Shown piece by piece: positions 50,553 to 60,404 of a stretch of DNA of 64,000 nt. A program made the translations under genes and the position numbers. The notes under the pieces are model-generated. The model saw nothing but the letters and a program-made list of their open reading frames with translations. It did not search any database and was not told the origin of the DNA. Origin of the DNA: Oceanicaulis sp. HLUCCA04 (GTDB lineage Bacteria; Pseudomonadota; Alphaproteobacteria; Caulobacterales; Maricaulaceae); NCBI GenBank assembly GCA_001314625.1, contig LJSH01000003.1, forward strand, positions 171,454 through 235,453, in the 5' to 3' direction. Position 1 is the stretch's first letter. Each line of letters opens with the position of its first letter.

Positions 50553-51682
50553 GCCCGTTTCCTGCCATGAACCCCGCCGCCTCCCTTCCCCCCGGTTCGC
50601 GTTCTGCGGCGTTGCCGCGCGTGCTGGTGGTGGACGATTCTGCTGTGGTTCGCGGGCTGGTCGCCCGCTGGATCGAGGCCGATCCGCGTCTGGCGCTGGC
50701 GGCGACGTGTTCTGATGGCGAGCAAGGCGTGAAGCGCGCCAGGGAACTCCAGCCCGATCTGGTGGTGCTCGATATCGAAATGCCGCGCATGGACGGCTTG
50801 ACCGCACTGCCACAGATACTGGAGGCCGCGCCGCGTACGCGCGTCGTCATGGCCTCCACGCTGACCCAGAAGGGCGCGCAAGTGACCCTGCAGGCGCTCT
50901 CGCTGGGTGCCGCAGACTTCGCCCCCAAGCCCGATACCAGCCGCATGGGCGGCGCGGAAAGCTACCGCGTTGAATTGCTCGACAAGCTGGCGGTTCTGGC
51001 CCCGCGCTACGCCCCGCAACGCCCGGCCAGCACGCCCGGCGCGGGCACTGCGCCTTCGCCTGCGGCAGCGGGTCCCTCTGCCGCGTCCGGGCGGGCCCTG
51101 CCATCGCGGATTGATCTTCTGGCGATCGGTGCGTCGACCGGCGGCCCGCAAGCCCTGCGTCAGGTCATCAGCGTTATTCCGGCCTCTATCCGTGTGCCGA
51201 TTGTCATTACACAGCATATGCCCAAAGTGTTCACCGCCATTCTAGCCGAGCATCTCGCGCGCGAAGGGCTGCCAGCGCGTGAAGCGGTCGAGGGCGAGAT
51301 CCTGAAACCCGGCCATGTCTATGTAGCGCCGGGCGATTTTCACATGCGCATTGAGGGCAGTCCCGGCCAGTTCCGCGTTCGTCTGGATCAGGGTCCGGCG
51401 ATCAATTTCTGCCGCCCATCTGTCGACCCGCTGTTTGAAAGCTGTGCACGCGCTGCGGGCAGTCACCTTCTGGCCGTGGTCCTGACGGGTATGGGCTCTG
51501 ACGGGCGCAGCGGGGCGGGCCATGTGCGCGAAGCGGGTGGCGGTGTGATCGTGCAGGACCAGGCGTCGAGCGTTGTCTGGGGGATGCCGGGCGCGGTGGC
51601 CGAGGCCGGTTTTGCAGACCTTGTCCTGCCGCTGAACCAGATTGGACCGGACCTTGCCCGCCGGCTTACAGGAGCGCGCTGA
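50549..51682 (+). CDS. cheB: Chemotaxis methylesterase
   Basis: REC domain then IGASTGGP, TQHMP, GDFHM, VLTGMGSDG. Confidence 0.96.
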   Translation: MSPFPAMNPAASLPPGSRSAALPRVLVVDDSAVVRGLVARWIEADPRLALAATCSDGEQGVKRARELQPDLVVLDIEMPRMDGLTALPQILEAAPRTRVVMASTLTQKGAQVTLQALSLGAADFAPKPDTSRMGGAESYRVELLDKLAVLAPRYAPQRPASTPGAGTAPSPAAAGPSAASGRALPSRIDLLAIGASTGGPQALRQVISVIPASIRVPIVITQHMPKVFTAILAEHLAREGLPAREAVEGEILKPGHVYVAPGDFHMRIEGSPGQFRVRLDQGPAINFCRPSVDPLFESCARAAGSHLLAVVLTGMGSDGRSGAGHVREAGGGVIVQDQASSVVWGMPGAVAEAGFADLVLPLNQIGPDLARRLTGAR

Positions 51683-52521
51683 TGTTGAGCGAAGCCAAAT
51701 ACAAATTCCTCGCTGCCGAGGTGAAGAAGCGCTCCGGCCTCGTGCTGGGTCCCGAGAAGGGTTATCTGATCGAAAGCCGTCTGGCACCGCTGGCGCGCGC
51801 AGAGGGCATGACCGGCCCCGAAGCGATTGTCGACGCCATGATGCGCGGCGATCAGCGCCTGAGCGCGGCAGCTTCCGAAGCGCTTGCCACCCACGAAACC
51901 TTTTTCTTCCGCGACAAGACGCCGTTTGAACTGTTCAGCGATGTCATGGCCCCGGCCCTGCGTCAGGCGCGTGGCGGGCGGGCGTTGAAAATCTGGTGCG
52001 CGGCCGCATCGACCGGGCAGGAGCCCTATTCGCTGGCCATGCTGATCCGCGAGATGAGCGGGATTGACGCCTCGATCCTCGCCACGGATATGTGCGCGCA
52101 TGTGCTGGAGAAGGCGAAAGCCGGGCTTTACAGCCAGTTCGAGGTGCAGCGCGGGCTCGCGATCCAGCGGCTCGTACAGCATTTCGACCAGAGTGGTGAT
52201 AGCTGGCGGGTAAAGCCGGAGCTGCGCCAGATGATCCGCTATGAGACCGGCAATCTGCTAGACGATTTCTCCCGCTACGGCCAGCTCGACATCATCTTCT
52301 GCCGCAATGTGCTGATCTATTTCGACGTCGAGGCGAAAGCGAAAATTCTCAACCGTCTCGCAGCGCAACTCCCGCCTGACGGCTATCTGGTTCTGGGCGC
52401 GGCAGAAACCGTGGTCGGCCTGACCGACAGATTGAAACCTGTCGCCGGTCAACGCGGCCTCTATGTGCGCAACGAGCCCGCAGTGCAGCCCGCCCCGATG
52501 CCGGCGCGGGCTGTCGCCTGA
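51682..52521 (+). CDS. cheR: Chemotaxis methyltransferase
   Basis: THETFFFRD, IWCAAASTGQEPYS, IFCRNVLIYF. Confidence 0.96.
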   Translation: MLSEAKYKFLAAEVKKRSGLVLGPEKGYLIESRLAPLARAEGMTGPEAIVDAMMRGDQRLSAAASEALATHETFFFRDKTPFELFSDVMAPALRQARGGRALKIWCAAASTGQEPYSLAMLIREMSGIDASILATDMCAHVLEKAKAGLYSQFEVQRGLAIQRLVQHFDQSGDSWRVKPELRQMIRYETGNLLDDFSRYGQLDIIFCRNVLIYFDVEAKAKILNRLAAQLPPDGYLVLGAAETVVGLTDRLKPVAGQRGLYVRNEPAVQPAPMPARAVA

Positions 52522-52548
52522 GCGGCGTTCGCCGCAAGGCCTGAAGCG

Positions 52549-53115
52549 TTAGCCGTTCACCGGCGTTCGCACCACTTCGTAACGTTCCAGCTCCCGCAAG
52601 GGCAGAGGCCAGCCGGGCGATAATTCCAGAGCCATCTGGAAGTCCGCATAGGCTTGCGGGTATTGCTCGCGCGCATCGTAGGTCATGGCCCGGTTGAAAT
52701 AGACCTTGTGCTCCTCGCGCACGCCCAGTTCCAGCGCACGGGTGAAATCGGCCTCGGCGGTGGCATAGTCGCGGTGTTCCAGATGGGCGATACCGCGATT
52801 GAGCCAGGCTTCTCCGAGGTCCGGGCGGATATCAATGGCCCTGTTATAGGCATCCATGGCCTCACCATGGCGTCCGGCATGTGCCAGCAGAATGCCCATA
52901 TTCACTTCGGTTGCCGCGCGGTCGCGCCGGGACAATTGTCCCGCTTCGAGAGCTGCTTCGCAGCGCTCGAGGCCCGATCCGGTGCGGCTGGCCCCGCTCA
53001 TGGCGGCTTCGTAGCACCCGCGGGCCTGGCTGGTACCGATGATGATAGTGGATTGCGCAGCAGCGCTGGCAGGAACCAGCAGCGCCAGTGCGCCAAGACT
53101 GATCAGAAAACGCAT
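52549..53115 (-). CDS. Secreted TPR-repeat protein
   Basis: Signal peptide; AYNRAI..RPDLGEAWLNRG, VYFNRA TPR motifs; AGGAGG RBS. Confidence 0.85.
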   Translation of the reverse strand: MRFLISLGALALLVPASAAAQSTIIIGTSQARGCYEAAMSGASRTGSGLERCEAALEAGQLSRRDRAATEVNMGILLAHAGRHGEAMDAYNRAIDIRPDLGEAWLNRGIAHLEHRDYATAEADFTRALELGVREEHKVYFNRAMTYDAREQYPQAYADFQMALELSPGWPLPLRELERYEVVRTPVNG

Positions 53116-53289
53116 CTCTCTACCTCCTGTTACGAAGGGGCAAGCGCTTGTGTCTGTCAGCCGTCCGGGGGCAGGTGAGGGGATGCTACGCCCCCGTCCG
53201 GGGCTGCCCTGTAACGCCATGATGATAGCACAGATCGCGATCGCGGTTAATGAAAACTGTCGGGGATCGAAGCTGGCCGTTGGACATGG

Positions 53290-53322
53290 AAAAAAACCCC
53301 GGCGCATCGGCCGGGGCTTTTC
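53290..53322 (-). terminator. Rho-independent terminator after ctrA
   Basis: Minus strand AGCCCCGGCCGATGCGCCGGGGTTTTTTT. Confidence 0.8.
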
Positions 53323-53347
53323 TGATGTGTGAGTAGGAGAGGCGGAC

Positions 53348-54043
53348 TTACGCCGCGCCTTTTTCCTCGACCGGGTCGCGCAACACATAGCCGCGTCCCC
53401 AGACCGTCTCGATAGGCGCTTTCGCGCCGGTGGCCGCTTCCAGCTTCTTGCGAAGCTTGCAGATGAAGACGTCGATGATTTTCAGTTCCGGCTCGTCCAT
53501 GCCGCCATACAAATGGTTCAGGAACATTTCCTTGGTGAGCGTCGTGCCCTTGCGCAGGGAGAGCAGCTCGAGCATCTGGTATTCCTTGCCGGTCAGGTGA
53601 ACCCGCTGGGAGTTCACTTCCACCGTCTTGGCGTCCAGATTTACAGCGATTTCGCCGGTGCGGATGATGGACTGGCTGTGACCTTTGGAGCGGCGCACGA
53701 TGGCGTGGATGCGCGCAATCAGCTCTTCCTTGTGGAAGGGCTTGGTCATGTAATCGTCCGCGCCTGAACCCAGGCCGCGCACCTTGTTATCAATGTCGGC
53801 ATTACCCGACAGGATCAGGATGGGCGTATCCACCTTGGCAAGACGAAGTGTTTTCAGGACGTCGAAACCCGGCATGTCCGGCAGGTTCAGGTCCAGAAGG
53901 ATGATGTCGTAGTCGTAGAGCTTGCCGAGATCGACACCCTCTTCGCCCAGATCGGCCGTATACATATTGAAGCCGTCGGACTTCAGCATCAGTTCGATGC
54001 CCTGCGCTGTCGCGCGATCATCCTCGATGAGCAGTACCCGCAT
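53348..54043 (-). CDS. ctrA: Cell cycle master response regulator
   Basis: MRVLLIEDD...[28 protein letters not shown]...[53 protein letters not shown]. Confidence 0.98.
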   Translation of the reverse strand: MRVLLIEDDRATAQGIELMLKSDGFNMYTADLGEEGVDLGKLYDYDIILLDLNLPDMPGFDVLKTLRLAKVDTPILILSGNADIDNKVRGLGSGADDYMTKPFHKEELIARIHAIVRRSKGHSQSIIRTGEIAVNLDAKTVEVNSQRVHLTGKEYQMLELLSLRKGTTLTKEMFLNHLYGGMDEPELKIIDVFICKLRKKLEAATGAKAPIETVWGRGYVLRDPVEEKGAA

Positions 54044-54144
54044 CGGTCCCTCTCCGCAGCCGCTCGCGCGAATCACCTGACCCAGCGCGTCGTCCCCATG
54101 GTTAACGTGCTTCGCACAATGACGCGACAATTCCTTCGAGAAAG

Positions 54145-54180
54145 TTAACGACTGTTTGACTCATGGGATGGAATCGAGTC
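54145..54180. promoter_or_regulatory. CtrA-box-like site plus three clustered GANTC (CcrM) sites in the ctrA promoter
   Basis: TTAA-N7-TTGAC 54145-54160; GACTC 54158, GAATC 54171, GAGTC 54176. Confidence 0.65.
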
Positions 54181-54384
54181 CTGCCGACCGTATTCCCCGT
54201 TAACGCATTGATACTGCACGTGGTGGCTCTGGGGCAACGGGGCTTATTTTTTGCTGTGAATGGCTGTGGAGAAAGTGTGAGCGAGGCGTTGCCGGGTCGT
54301 TTACGCGGATGAAACCGCACTTGCGTTAAAAGCTTGCAACACGGTGTCAGAACGATGCTGGACGGCAGAAAAGCGAGAAGCGCG

Positions 54385-55704
54385 GTGCAGGGCCTGATCG
54401 AGCGTATCGAGGATATCGAAACGCGCGTCTTCAAGGGACGCGTCAAGGCTATCAACGGCCTGCTGATCGAGGCCGAGGGCCCCCGTGCGGGCCTGACGCT
54501 TGGCGCCAGTGTCTTTGTCGGCGCCGGTGAAAACCCGCAGCGCTGCGAGGTTGTCGGCTTTCGCGGCGATACCGCTCTCATGATGGCGCATGGCGATCTT
54601 GCGGGCATTCGTGCCGGTGCGCCGGCGCGCATCGATCCGGACGGCATGGCGGTTCGTCCGCACCGGGCGTGGCTGGGCCGGGTCATCGATGCGTTCGGCC
54701 AGCCGCGTGACGGCAATGGACCGCTCGCGGAAGGCACCCGCGCCTATCCTATCAAGGGTAGCCCGGCGTGCGCCCATCAGCGCGATGCGCTGGGGCCGCG
54801 GCTTGATCTGGGCGTGCGCGCCCTGAACACATTTACGCCCATGCGGATCGGCCAGCGCCTTGGCGTGTTTGCCGGTTCCGGCGTCGGCAAGTCTGTCCTG
54901 ATGAGCATGATCACGCGCGGCACCAGTGCGGATGTGATCGTGATCGGCCTGATCGGCGAGCGGGGCCGCGAGGCACGCGAATTCGTCGATGACGTGCTCG
55001 GCGAGGACGGCCGCGCGCGCGCCATTGTCATCACCGAGACATCCGATGCGCCTGCCCTGTCGCGCCGTCAGGCCGCCTATATGACACTGACGGTGGCAGA
55101 GTATTTCCGCGATCAGGGCCTGAATGTGCTGTGCCTGATGGATTCGGTCACGCGCTTTGCCCTGGCCCAGCGCGAGATTGGCCTGGCAGCGGGCGAACCC
55201 CCGACCACGCGCGGTTATACCCCGTCCGTCTTTGCCGAACTGCCGCGCCTGATGGAGCGTGCAGGCCCCGGCGAGAACGGGTGCGGATCGATCACGGCGC
55301 TGTTCACGGTGCTGGTTGATGGCGATGACCACAACGAACCGATTGCCGATGCGGTGCGCGGCATTCTGGATGGCCATGTGGTGATGACGCGCGCGATTGC
55401 CGAGCGTGGCCGCTTCCCGGCCATCGACGTTCTCAAATCGATTTCGCGTACCGCGCCGGAAGTCTACGGGCCGGGCGAAGCGCCGATAGTCGCCGAAGCG
55501 CGCCGCACGTTGAGCGCCTATGCAGACATGGAAGAACTTATCCGGCTGGGAGCCTATGCCGCCGGGTCCAATACAGAGGTCGACCGCGCGATTGCGCTCA
55601 ACGGCCCGCTCGAAGCGTTCCTCGGACAGGGAAAAGATGAAACCGCCACAATCGAGGCGAGTTTCACGGCCCTGTCGGAGATTGTGGTGGATGGAAAGGA
55701 GTAA
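54385..55704 (+). CDS. fliI: Flagellar export ATPase
   Basis: [41 protein letters not shown]; start uncertain (54355 or 54385). Confidence 0.95.
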   Translation: MQGLIERIEDIETRVFKGRVKAINGLLIEAEGPRAGLTLGASVFVGAGENPQRCEVVGFRGDTALMMAHGDLAGIRAGAPARIDPDGMAVRPHRAWLGRVIDAFGQPRDGNGPLAEGTRAYPIKGSPACAHQRDALGPRLDLGVRALNTFTPMRIGQRLGVFAGSGVGKSVLMSMITRGTSADVIVIGLIGERGREAREFVDDVLGEDGRARAIVITETSDAPALSRRQAAYMTLTVAEYFRDQGLNVLCLMDSVTRFALAQREIGLAAGEPPTTRGYTPSVFAELPRLMERAGPGENGCGSITALFTVLVDGDDHNEPIADAVRGILDGHVVMTRAIAERGRFPAIDVLKSISRTAPEVYGPGEAPIVAEARRTLSAYADMEELIRLGAYAAGSNTEVDRAIALNGPLEAFLGQGKDETATIEASFTALSEIVVDGKE

Positions 55705-55707
55705 GAG

Positions 55708-56127
55708 ATGAGCACACGTTCTCATGCCCCGCTGATCCGGCTCGCCCGGTTCAAGGTGGAAGAGTTGCAAAAGCAGATGGCCGATATCGACCGCGCCCGC
55801 GCGGCAATCGCCGACCAGATTGAACGTCTGGAGGCGAGTGTTCCGGGCGAACAGGCCGCTGCATCGGAGAGCCGGGAAGGCTATCTGGCCTATGGGTCCT
55901 ATGCGCGCTCGGTTATCCAGCGCAAGGAAAACCTGCGCGCGTCCGAACGCGAGGTGGAAACCCAGGCGGATGATCTGCGCGAGCGGCTGGAAACGGCGTT
56001 CGGCGAGCTGAAAAAGTACGAGCTTCTCGAGGAGCGCCGCGTGGCGCGCATCGAAGATGCCGTGCGCGCTGCCGAACAGGCCGAGATGGACGAGATCGCG
56101 GGACGCATGCGCCGGGCTGCGCACTAG
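55708..56127 (+). CDS. fliJ: Flagellar export protein FliJ
   Basis: Coiled-coil 139 aa directly after fliI; LIRLARFKVEE...ELKKYE...EQAEMDE. Confidence 0.85.
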   Translation: MSTRSHAPLIRLARFKVEELQKQMADIDRARAAIADQIERLEASVPGEQAAASESREGYLAYGSYARSVIQRKENLRASEREVETQADDLRERLETAFGELKKYELLEERRVARIEDAVRAAEQAEMDEIAGRMRRAAH

Positions 56128-56185
56128 ACACCCCTTCTTTTCGCAGCCCCTGCGGGCTGCGCGCCGGGGTGTCGCTTCAGTGGTT

Positions 56186-56426
56186 CCACCGGGGTCCCCG
56201 CCCCCGAGCGGGGACCCATGAAAGATTCCGTCACGCTGGACCATGGGTCTCCGGTCAAGCCGGAGACCCCGGTTGTGTGTCCATTGTGGAAGTCTTGCCA
56301 GCTTGCCGTGAAGTCTCTCCACCGCGGTCCCCCGCCCCGCCTGTCCCCATGAAAACGGGGAACGGGGACCCATATTGCGCCGCCTGAGCTCGACAATGGG
56401 TCCCCGCCCCCGAGCGGGGACCCCGG
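56186..56426. repeat. BIME-like mosaic: two inverted REP doublets
   Basis: Units at 56186-56220, 56242-56277, 56315-56371 (nested hairpin as at 18201), 56397-56426. Confidence 0.9.
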
Positions 56427-56486
56427 CGTCTCGGCTTTTCCCGCTGACGAACTGAAAGGACGTGCAGGACAAGGGCGCGCTCCACC

Positions 56487-56528
56487 AAACAAAAACCCCC
56501 GCACCCTCTGGACAGGTGCGGGGGTCTT
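56487..56528 (-). terminator. Rho-independent terminator of the heme-type receptor (possibly bidirectional)
   Basis: ACCCCCGCACC-ctctggaca-GGTGCGGGGGT flanked by an A-run. Confidence 0.8.
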
Positions 56529-56621
56529 GTTACGGCCGGTCCCTCAACCAGCCGGTCTTGTGTCAGCTACTCCGGGGCATTCGCCCGGTCGCGCCGCGCA
56601 TAGGCAGCCAGCTACTTTCCT

Positions 56622-58748
56622 CTACCAGCCGCCCTGCCAGGTCAGGTCGAGGCGGAAGGTCTGACCGGCTTCGGACACGCCTGCGAACACACGCTCATAA
56701 TCGGTGTCGAACACATTCTCCACGCCGGCATTGACGCGCAGGCCGCGATCTTCGAAGGGCTGCCAGCTGGCAAACACGTCCAGCACGGCAAAGCCGTCGC
56801 GTTCTTCGGCCGGTGTCGCGGTGTCGGTAAAGTCACCGGCAAAGCTTACCCGGGCGCCGATATCGGCCTGGTCAAAGCTCCACACGCCGCGCATATAGCC
56901 CTGAACGGGCTGCAGCGAGCCGAGCGGAGCGCCCGTCACCCGGTTCTCGCCGTCCACCTGATAGATCGCGCTGGACAGGCTGAGCGGTCCGTTCTGGTAA
57001 AGCCCGGCAATCTCGAAGCCTTCCAGCTCGGCGCTGTCGACATTGCTGGAGAAGGACGTGCCGGCCGAGCAGGGCGCGAAGAAGGGCGGCGCAAAGCAGG
57101 TCGGGTCGAAGGCAAAGGCCACCGCCAGATTAATCAAATCATCGGCGCGGGTGCGGAACCATGCCCCTTTCACCTCAAGCCGGTCATCACTGGTGAACAG
57201 GCCCGTCAGGGTGTAGCCGGCGCCGATCTCCAGCGTTTCGCTGGTTTCCGGGCGCAGGTCCGGGTTCGGAACGAATTCATTGGTGACGAAAACCGGTGCG
57301 CCCAGCACCGGGTGGGGCACAGGGAAGTGCGTGCCGTCCAGATAGAGCTCGTTGAGCGACGGCGCGCGGAAGGCTTCCGCCCAGCTGGCGAAAATGCGCA
57401 CCGATTCCACCGGCGCCCAGGTGGCGCCAAAGCGGGCCGATACAGCCTCGTCCTCATTGGCGCCGCCAATATCGCTGTCGCTTTCAAAGCTGTCCCAACG
57501 CACGCCCGGCAGCAGGATCACGCGGCCCAGAGAGCCGACAGAGAACTCCGTCTCGCCTTGCAGATAGGCCCCGTAGAATGTGGTGGTGCCGTTGGGCACA
57601 CCGCCGCGAACGCCCGTTGGAACGGTGCTGTCAGTGCCGGTCTGCTCGTCTTCATACCATTCGCCGCCCACGGTCAGCGCGAAGGGCAGGCTGCCCAGCA
57701 GAAACTCGGAGCGGTTTTCCGCGCGGACACCGTTAGTCACAAGGTCGCGGGTGATGAAGCGGTCGGCGATCGGGTCATACTCGTCCACCATGCCTTCGGT
57801 ACGGTAGAGCGTGGCTTCGAACCCGATCAGGGACTGTCCCTCGGGGGCGAACTGCACACCGGCGCGATAGGTGTCGGCACCGACATCCTTTTGCATGAGC
57901 GGGTTTCCAGCCGCCGCCGTTTGCGCGCCCTGGCCGTTATTGGGCTCGCTGGCTTCATTGCGGAAGGACAATATGCCGCCCGACAGGGTCAGGCCGGGGC
58001 TGACACGCCACTCGCCATTGGCCAGCAGGGAGACGACCTGATCATCGGCAGGCAGGTCATTGCCTGAACCCAGCGCGATATCACCCGATGAGCGCGCCGA
58101 CAGGGCAACCAGGCCCGACGCCACATCATTGCGTGCATAGAGCGCGGCAGATCCGCGTGTTTCCTCATTGCCCGACCGATAGCCGCCCGAGACCCGGACG
58201 CCGGAGGTCTCGCCCGCCCGCAGGAAGGTATCGGCATTGGCCGTCTCGAACGCGATGACACCGCCGGACGCGCCAGATCCGTAAAGCGCGGAAGCCGCGC
58301 CGCGCACGGTTTCCACGCGGGCCAGCAGGCCCGGGTCGAGGAAGAGCACGCCATCATGGGCCGAGGAGAAATTCTGGCGCGCGCCATCGACCAGCAGGGC
58401 AATGTTCTGCCGGCCAAAGCCGCGCAAGGACAGCGTCTGACCGGTGCGGCGCGGACCGCCTGCGACTTCGAGGCCGGGCGTATCGCCCAAAAGATCAGCC
58501 AGATCGGAGGGGCGCTCGGTCTCCAGCCATTCCAGATCAATTACCGAGGCCAGACCCGGATAGTCGAAATTGGGCAGGCGGGTGCGCGTGGCGGTGACGA
58601 TGATCGTCTCGCTGGCCTCATTGGCCTGCGCGGTGTCAGCATCATTGGCCAGCGCACTGGCAGGCAGCAGGGCCAGGGCGGCGGCGCCCGCCAGCAGGGC
58701 GGTCCGGACTCGCGCGGCGGCAGGCAAGGTGTGGTCTGGGGAGAACAT
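56622..58748 (-). CDS. TonB-dependent heme/hemoglobin-type receptor
   Basis: TonB box ETIIVTATR; AFRAPSLNELY (FRAP) and NPDLRPETS (NPNL) motifs. Confidence 0.88.
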   Translation of the reverse strand: MFSPDHTLPAAARVRTALLAGAAALALLPASALANDADTAQANEASETIIVTATRTRLPNFDYPGLASVIDLEWLETERPSDLADLLGDTPGLEVAGGPRRTGQTLSLRGFGRQNIALLVDGARQNFSSAHDGVLFLDPGLLARVETVRGAASALYGSGASGGVIAFETANADTFLRAGETSGVRVSGGYRSGNEETRGSAALYARNDVASGLVALSARSSGDIALGSGNDLPADDQVVSLLANGEWRVSPGLTLSGGILSFRNEASEPNNGQGAQTAAAGNPLMQKDVGADTYRAGVQFAPEGQSLIGFEATLYRTEGMVDEYDPIADRFITRDLVTNGVRAENRSEFLLGSLPFALTVGGEWYEDEQTGTDSTVPTGVRGGVPNGTTTFYGAYLQGETEFSVGSLGRVILLPGVRWDSFESDSDIGGANEDEAVSARFGATWAPVESVRIFASWAEAFRAPSLNELYLDGTHFPVPHPVLGAPVFVTNEFVPNPDLRPETSETLEIGAGYTLTGLFTSDDRLEVKGAWFRTRADDLINLAVAFAFDPTCFAPPFFAPCSAGTSFSSNVDSAELEGFEIAGLYQNGPLSLSSAIYQVDGENRVTGAPLGSLQPVQGYMRGVWSFDQADIGARVSFAGDFTDTATPAEERDGFAVLDVFASWQPFEDRGLRVNAGVENVFDTDYERVFAGVSEAGQTFRLDLTWQGGW

Positions 58749-58762
58749 GATGCAGCTTCCTT

Positions 58763-58835
58763 ATTGCGAATAAGTCTCAGTTGCGGCATGTATGTCGAGA
58801 CATTTTTCGGAATGCAAGTCAGAATCGTTTGCAAT
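58763..58835. promoter_or_regulatory. Two Fur-like 9-1-9 iron boxes in the divergent promoter
   Basis: ATTGCGAAT-A-AGTCTCAGT (58763-58781) and, on the minus strand, ATTGCAAAC-G-ATTCTGACT (58835-58817). Confidence 0.55.
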
Positions 58836-58942
58836 TACACATGAGGGCGCTTAAGAGCGCTCCATCACAGCTGAACAGGGCGGGCACTGGCGCCAGACAG
58901 GGCAAGGCGTGCCGCCGCCCCCAGACGCAAGGAGCGAGAAAC

Positions 58943-59950
58943 ATGAAAAATCTGGTAGCAGGACTGACAGGCGGGCTCGCCGCACTGGCGGTATTCGCCG
59001 CCCCTGTGGCGGCGCTGTCGGTCAATGAAGCGGGTGTGGCGGTGCACAGCGAGGCTGCCATGCCTGCCGAGGCCGACCGTCAGGCGATTCTGGCGATGGA
59101 AGGCGAGTATGAGGTGACCTTCGCCTTCAGCGAATTCCTGCCGATTGCATCCGATTACGAGCTGCGCCCCTCCACCGAGACGCCGGCGCGCGAAGTGGTC
59201 GTCGTGATCGCTGACGAGCCGGGCTATATCTCGCTGCAGCACCTGCTGCTGGTCGGCGAGCGCGATGATCCGATGGTCATCAAGCATTGGCGTCAGGACT
59301 GGCACTACGAGCCGTCGCGCCTGATGGCCTATCGCGGGTTTGGCAACTGGGAGATGGACGAGGTCAGCGCCGAGGATGCGCGCGGAGCCTGGTCACAGAC
59401 CGTCTATCAGGTCGACGATTCCCCGCGCTATGCCGGTCTGGCCCGCTGGGAGCATGGCGAGGGTGCCTCCACGTGGACGCCTGCGGTTTCCTGGCGTCCG
59501 CTGCCGCGCCGTGATGCCACCACGCGCGATGATTATGACACCATTGCCGCGGTCAACCGTCACACGGTTACCGAGTGGGGCTGGACCCATGAGCAGGACA
59601 ATTCCAAGCTGGTCCTGCGCGATGGGAGCCCTCGCGAGCTGGTGCGCGAGCACGGTATCAACACCTATCGCCGGGCAGAGCTGACGGGCGCGGAAAACGC
59701 CCATCGCTACTGGGCGGCCACAGCCGATTACTGGGCCGATGTGCGCGCAGCCTGGGACGAGATCATGCTCGCGTCGGAATTCTCGGTTGAGGACGATGCC
59801 GAAGGCACGCTGCTCTACGGGCCGGTGCTTTCCGAAGGTCAGGCCGTCTTCATGGGCGGACGTGAGACCGAAGAAGCGTTTGAGAATGCCGCCGCGATCA
59901 TCGAGGCGCAGGTCACCGCAGACGGACAGCCGGCCGAAATCCTCCCCTAA
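58943..59950 (+). CDS. DUF6607 family secreted protein
   Basis: Signal peptide; AILAMEGEY, ISLQHLL, VIKHWRQDWHYE, VYQVDDSPRY, PLPRRD..RDDY, HEQDNSK; AGGAG RBS. Confidence 0.8.
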   Translation: MKNLVAGLTGGLAALAVFAAPVAALSVNEAGVAVHSEAAMPAEADRQAILAMEGEYEVTFAFSEFLPIASDYELRPSTETPAREVVVVIADEPGYISLQHLLLVGERDDPMVIKHWRQDWHYEPSRLMAYRGFGNWEMDEVSAEDARGAWSQTVYQVDDSPRYAGLARWEHGEGASTWTPAVSWRPLPRRDATTRDDYDTIAAVNRHTVTEWGWTHEQDNSKLVLRDGSPRELVREHGINTYRRAELTGAENAHRYWAATADYWADVRAAWDEIMLASEFSVEDDAEGTLLYGPVLSEGQAVFMGGRETEEAFENAAAIIEAQVTADGQPAEILP

Positions 59951-59983
59951 AGGGCTTGCCCTTATATAGCCGGTCTGTCGGTT

Positions 59984-60024
59984 GTTGCGGCGCGCATTTG
60001 CCCTAATGCGCGCCGCAGCTTTTT
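59984..60024 (+). terminator. Rho-independent terminator
   Basis: TGCGGCGCGCATT-tgccct-AATGCGCGCCGCA 13-bp stem followed by GCTTTTT. Confidence 0.8.
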
Positions 60025-60034
60025 CGGAGTGGCG

Positions 60035-60361
60035 CTACCTCCCGCCATACCGTTTCTTCACCCAGAACAGGGCGGCGATGACGCCCAGATAGAGGAAGGG
60101 GCGGGCCATGGCGCTGATCGCGCCGGTATCGAGCCGTGACATGGCCAGTTCCATGGCGAAATTGACCGGCACGCCCTCCACACCGCCCAGTTCAAGCAGG
60201 TAGCGCGCGACACAATCCACGCCGAAGGCAAAGAGCGTGGCGGCGGACAGCTGGCTCCAGCGGCGCATGACCAGCGCAGCGACAATAGCCACCAGCGTCA
60301 ACAAGATCAGCGTTGCGGGTGTAAACCCGGCGATCAGCCGGGTGGCAAATTCTTCGATCAT
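60035..60361 (-). CDS. Small hypothetical membrane protein
   Basis: MIEEFATRLIAGF..., three hydrophobic stretches, GGGGGGAG RBS; downstream of flhG. Confidence 0.7.
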   Translation of the reverse strand: MIEEFATRLIAGFTPATLILLTLVAIVAALVMRRWSQLSAATLFAFGVDCVARYLLELGGVEGVPVNFAMELAMSRLDTGAISAMARPFLYLGVIAALFWVKKRYGGR

Positions 60362-60404
60362 GGCTCCCCCCGGGGCGTCTATCGCCCGGCCCCCACCGGA
60401 TGGA

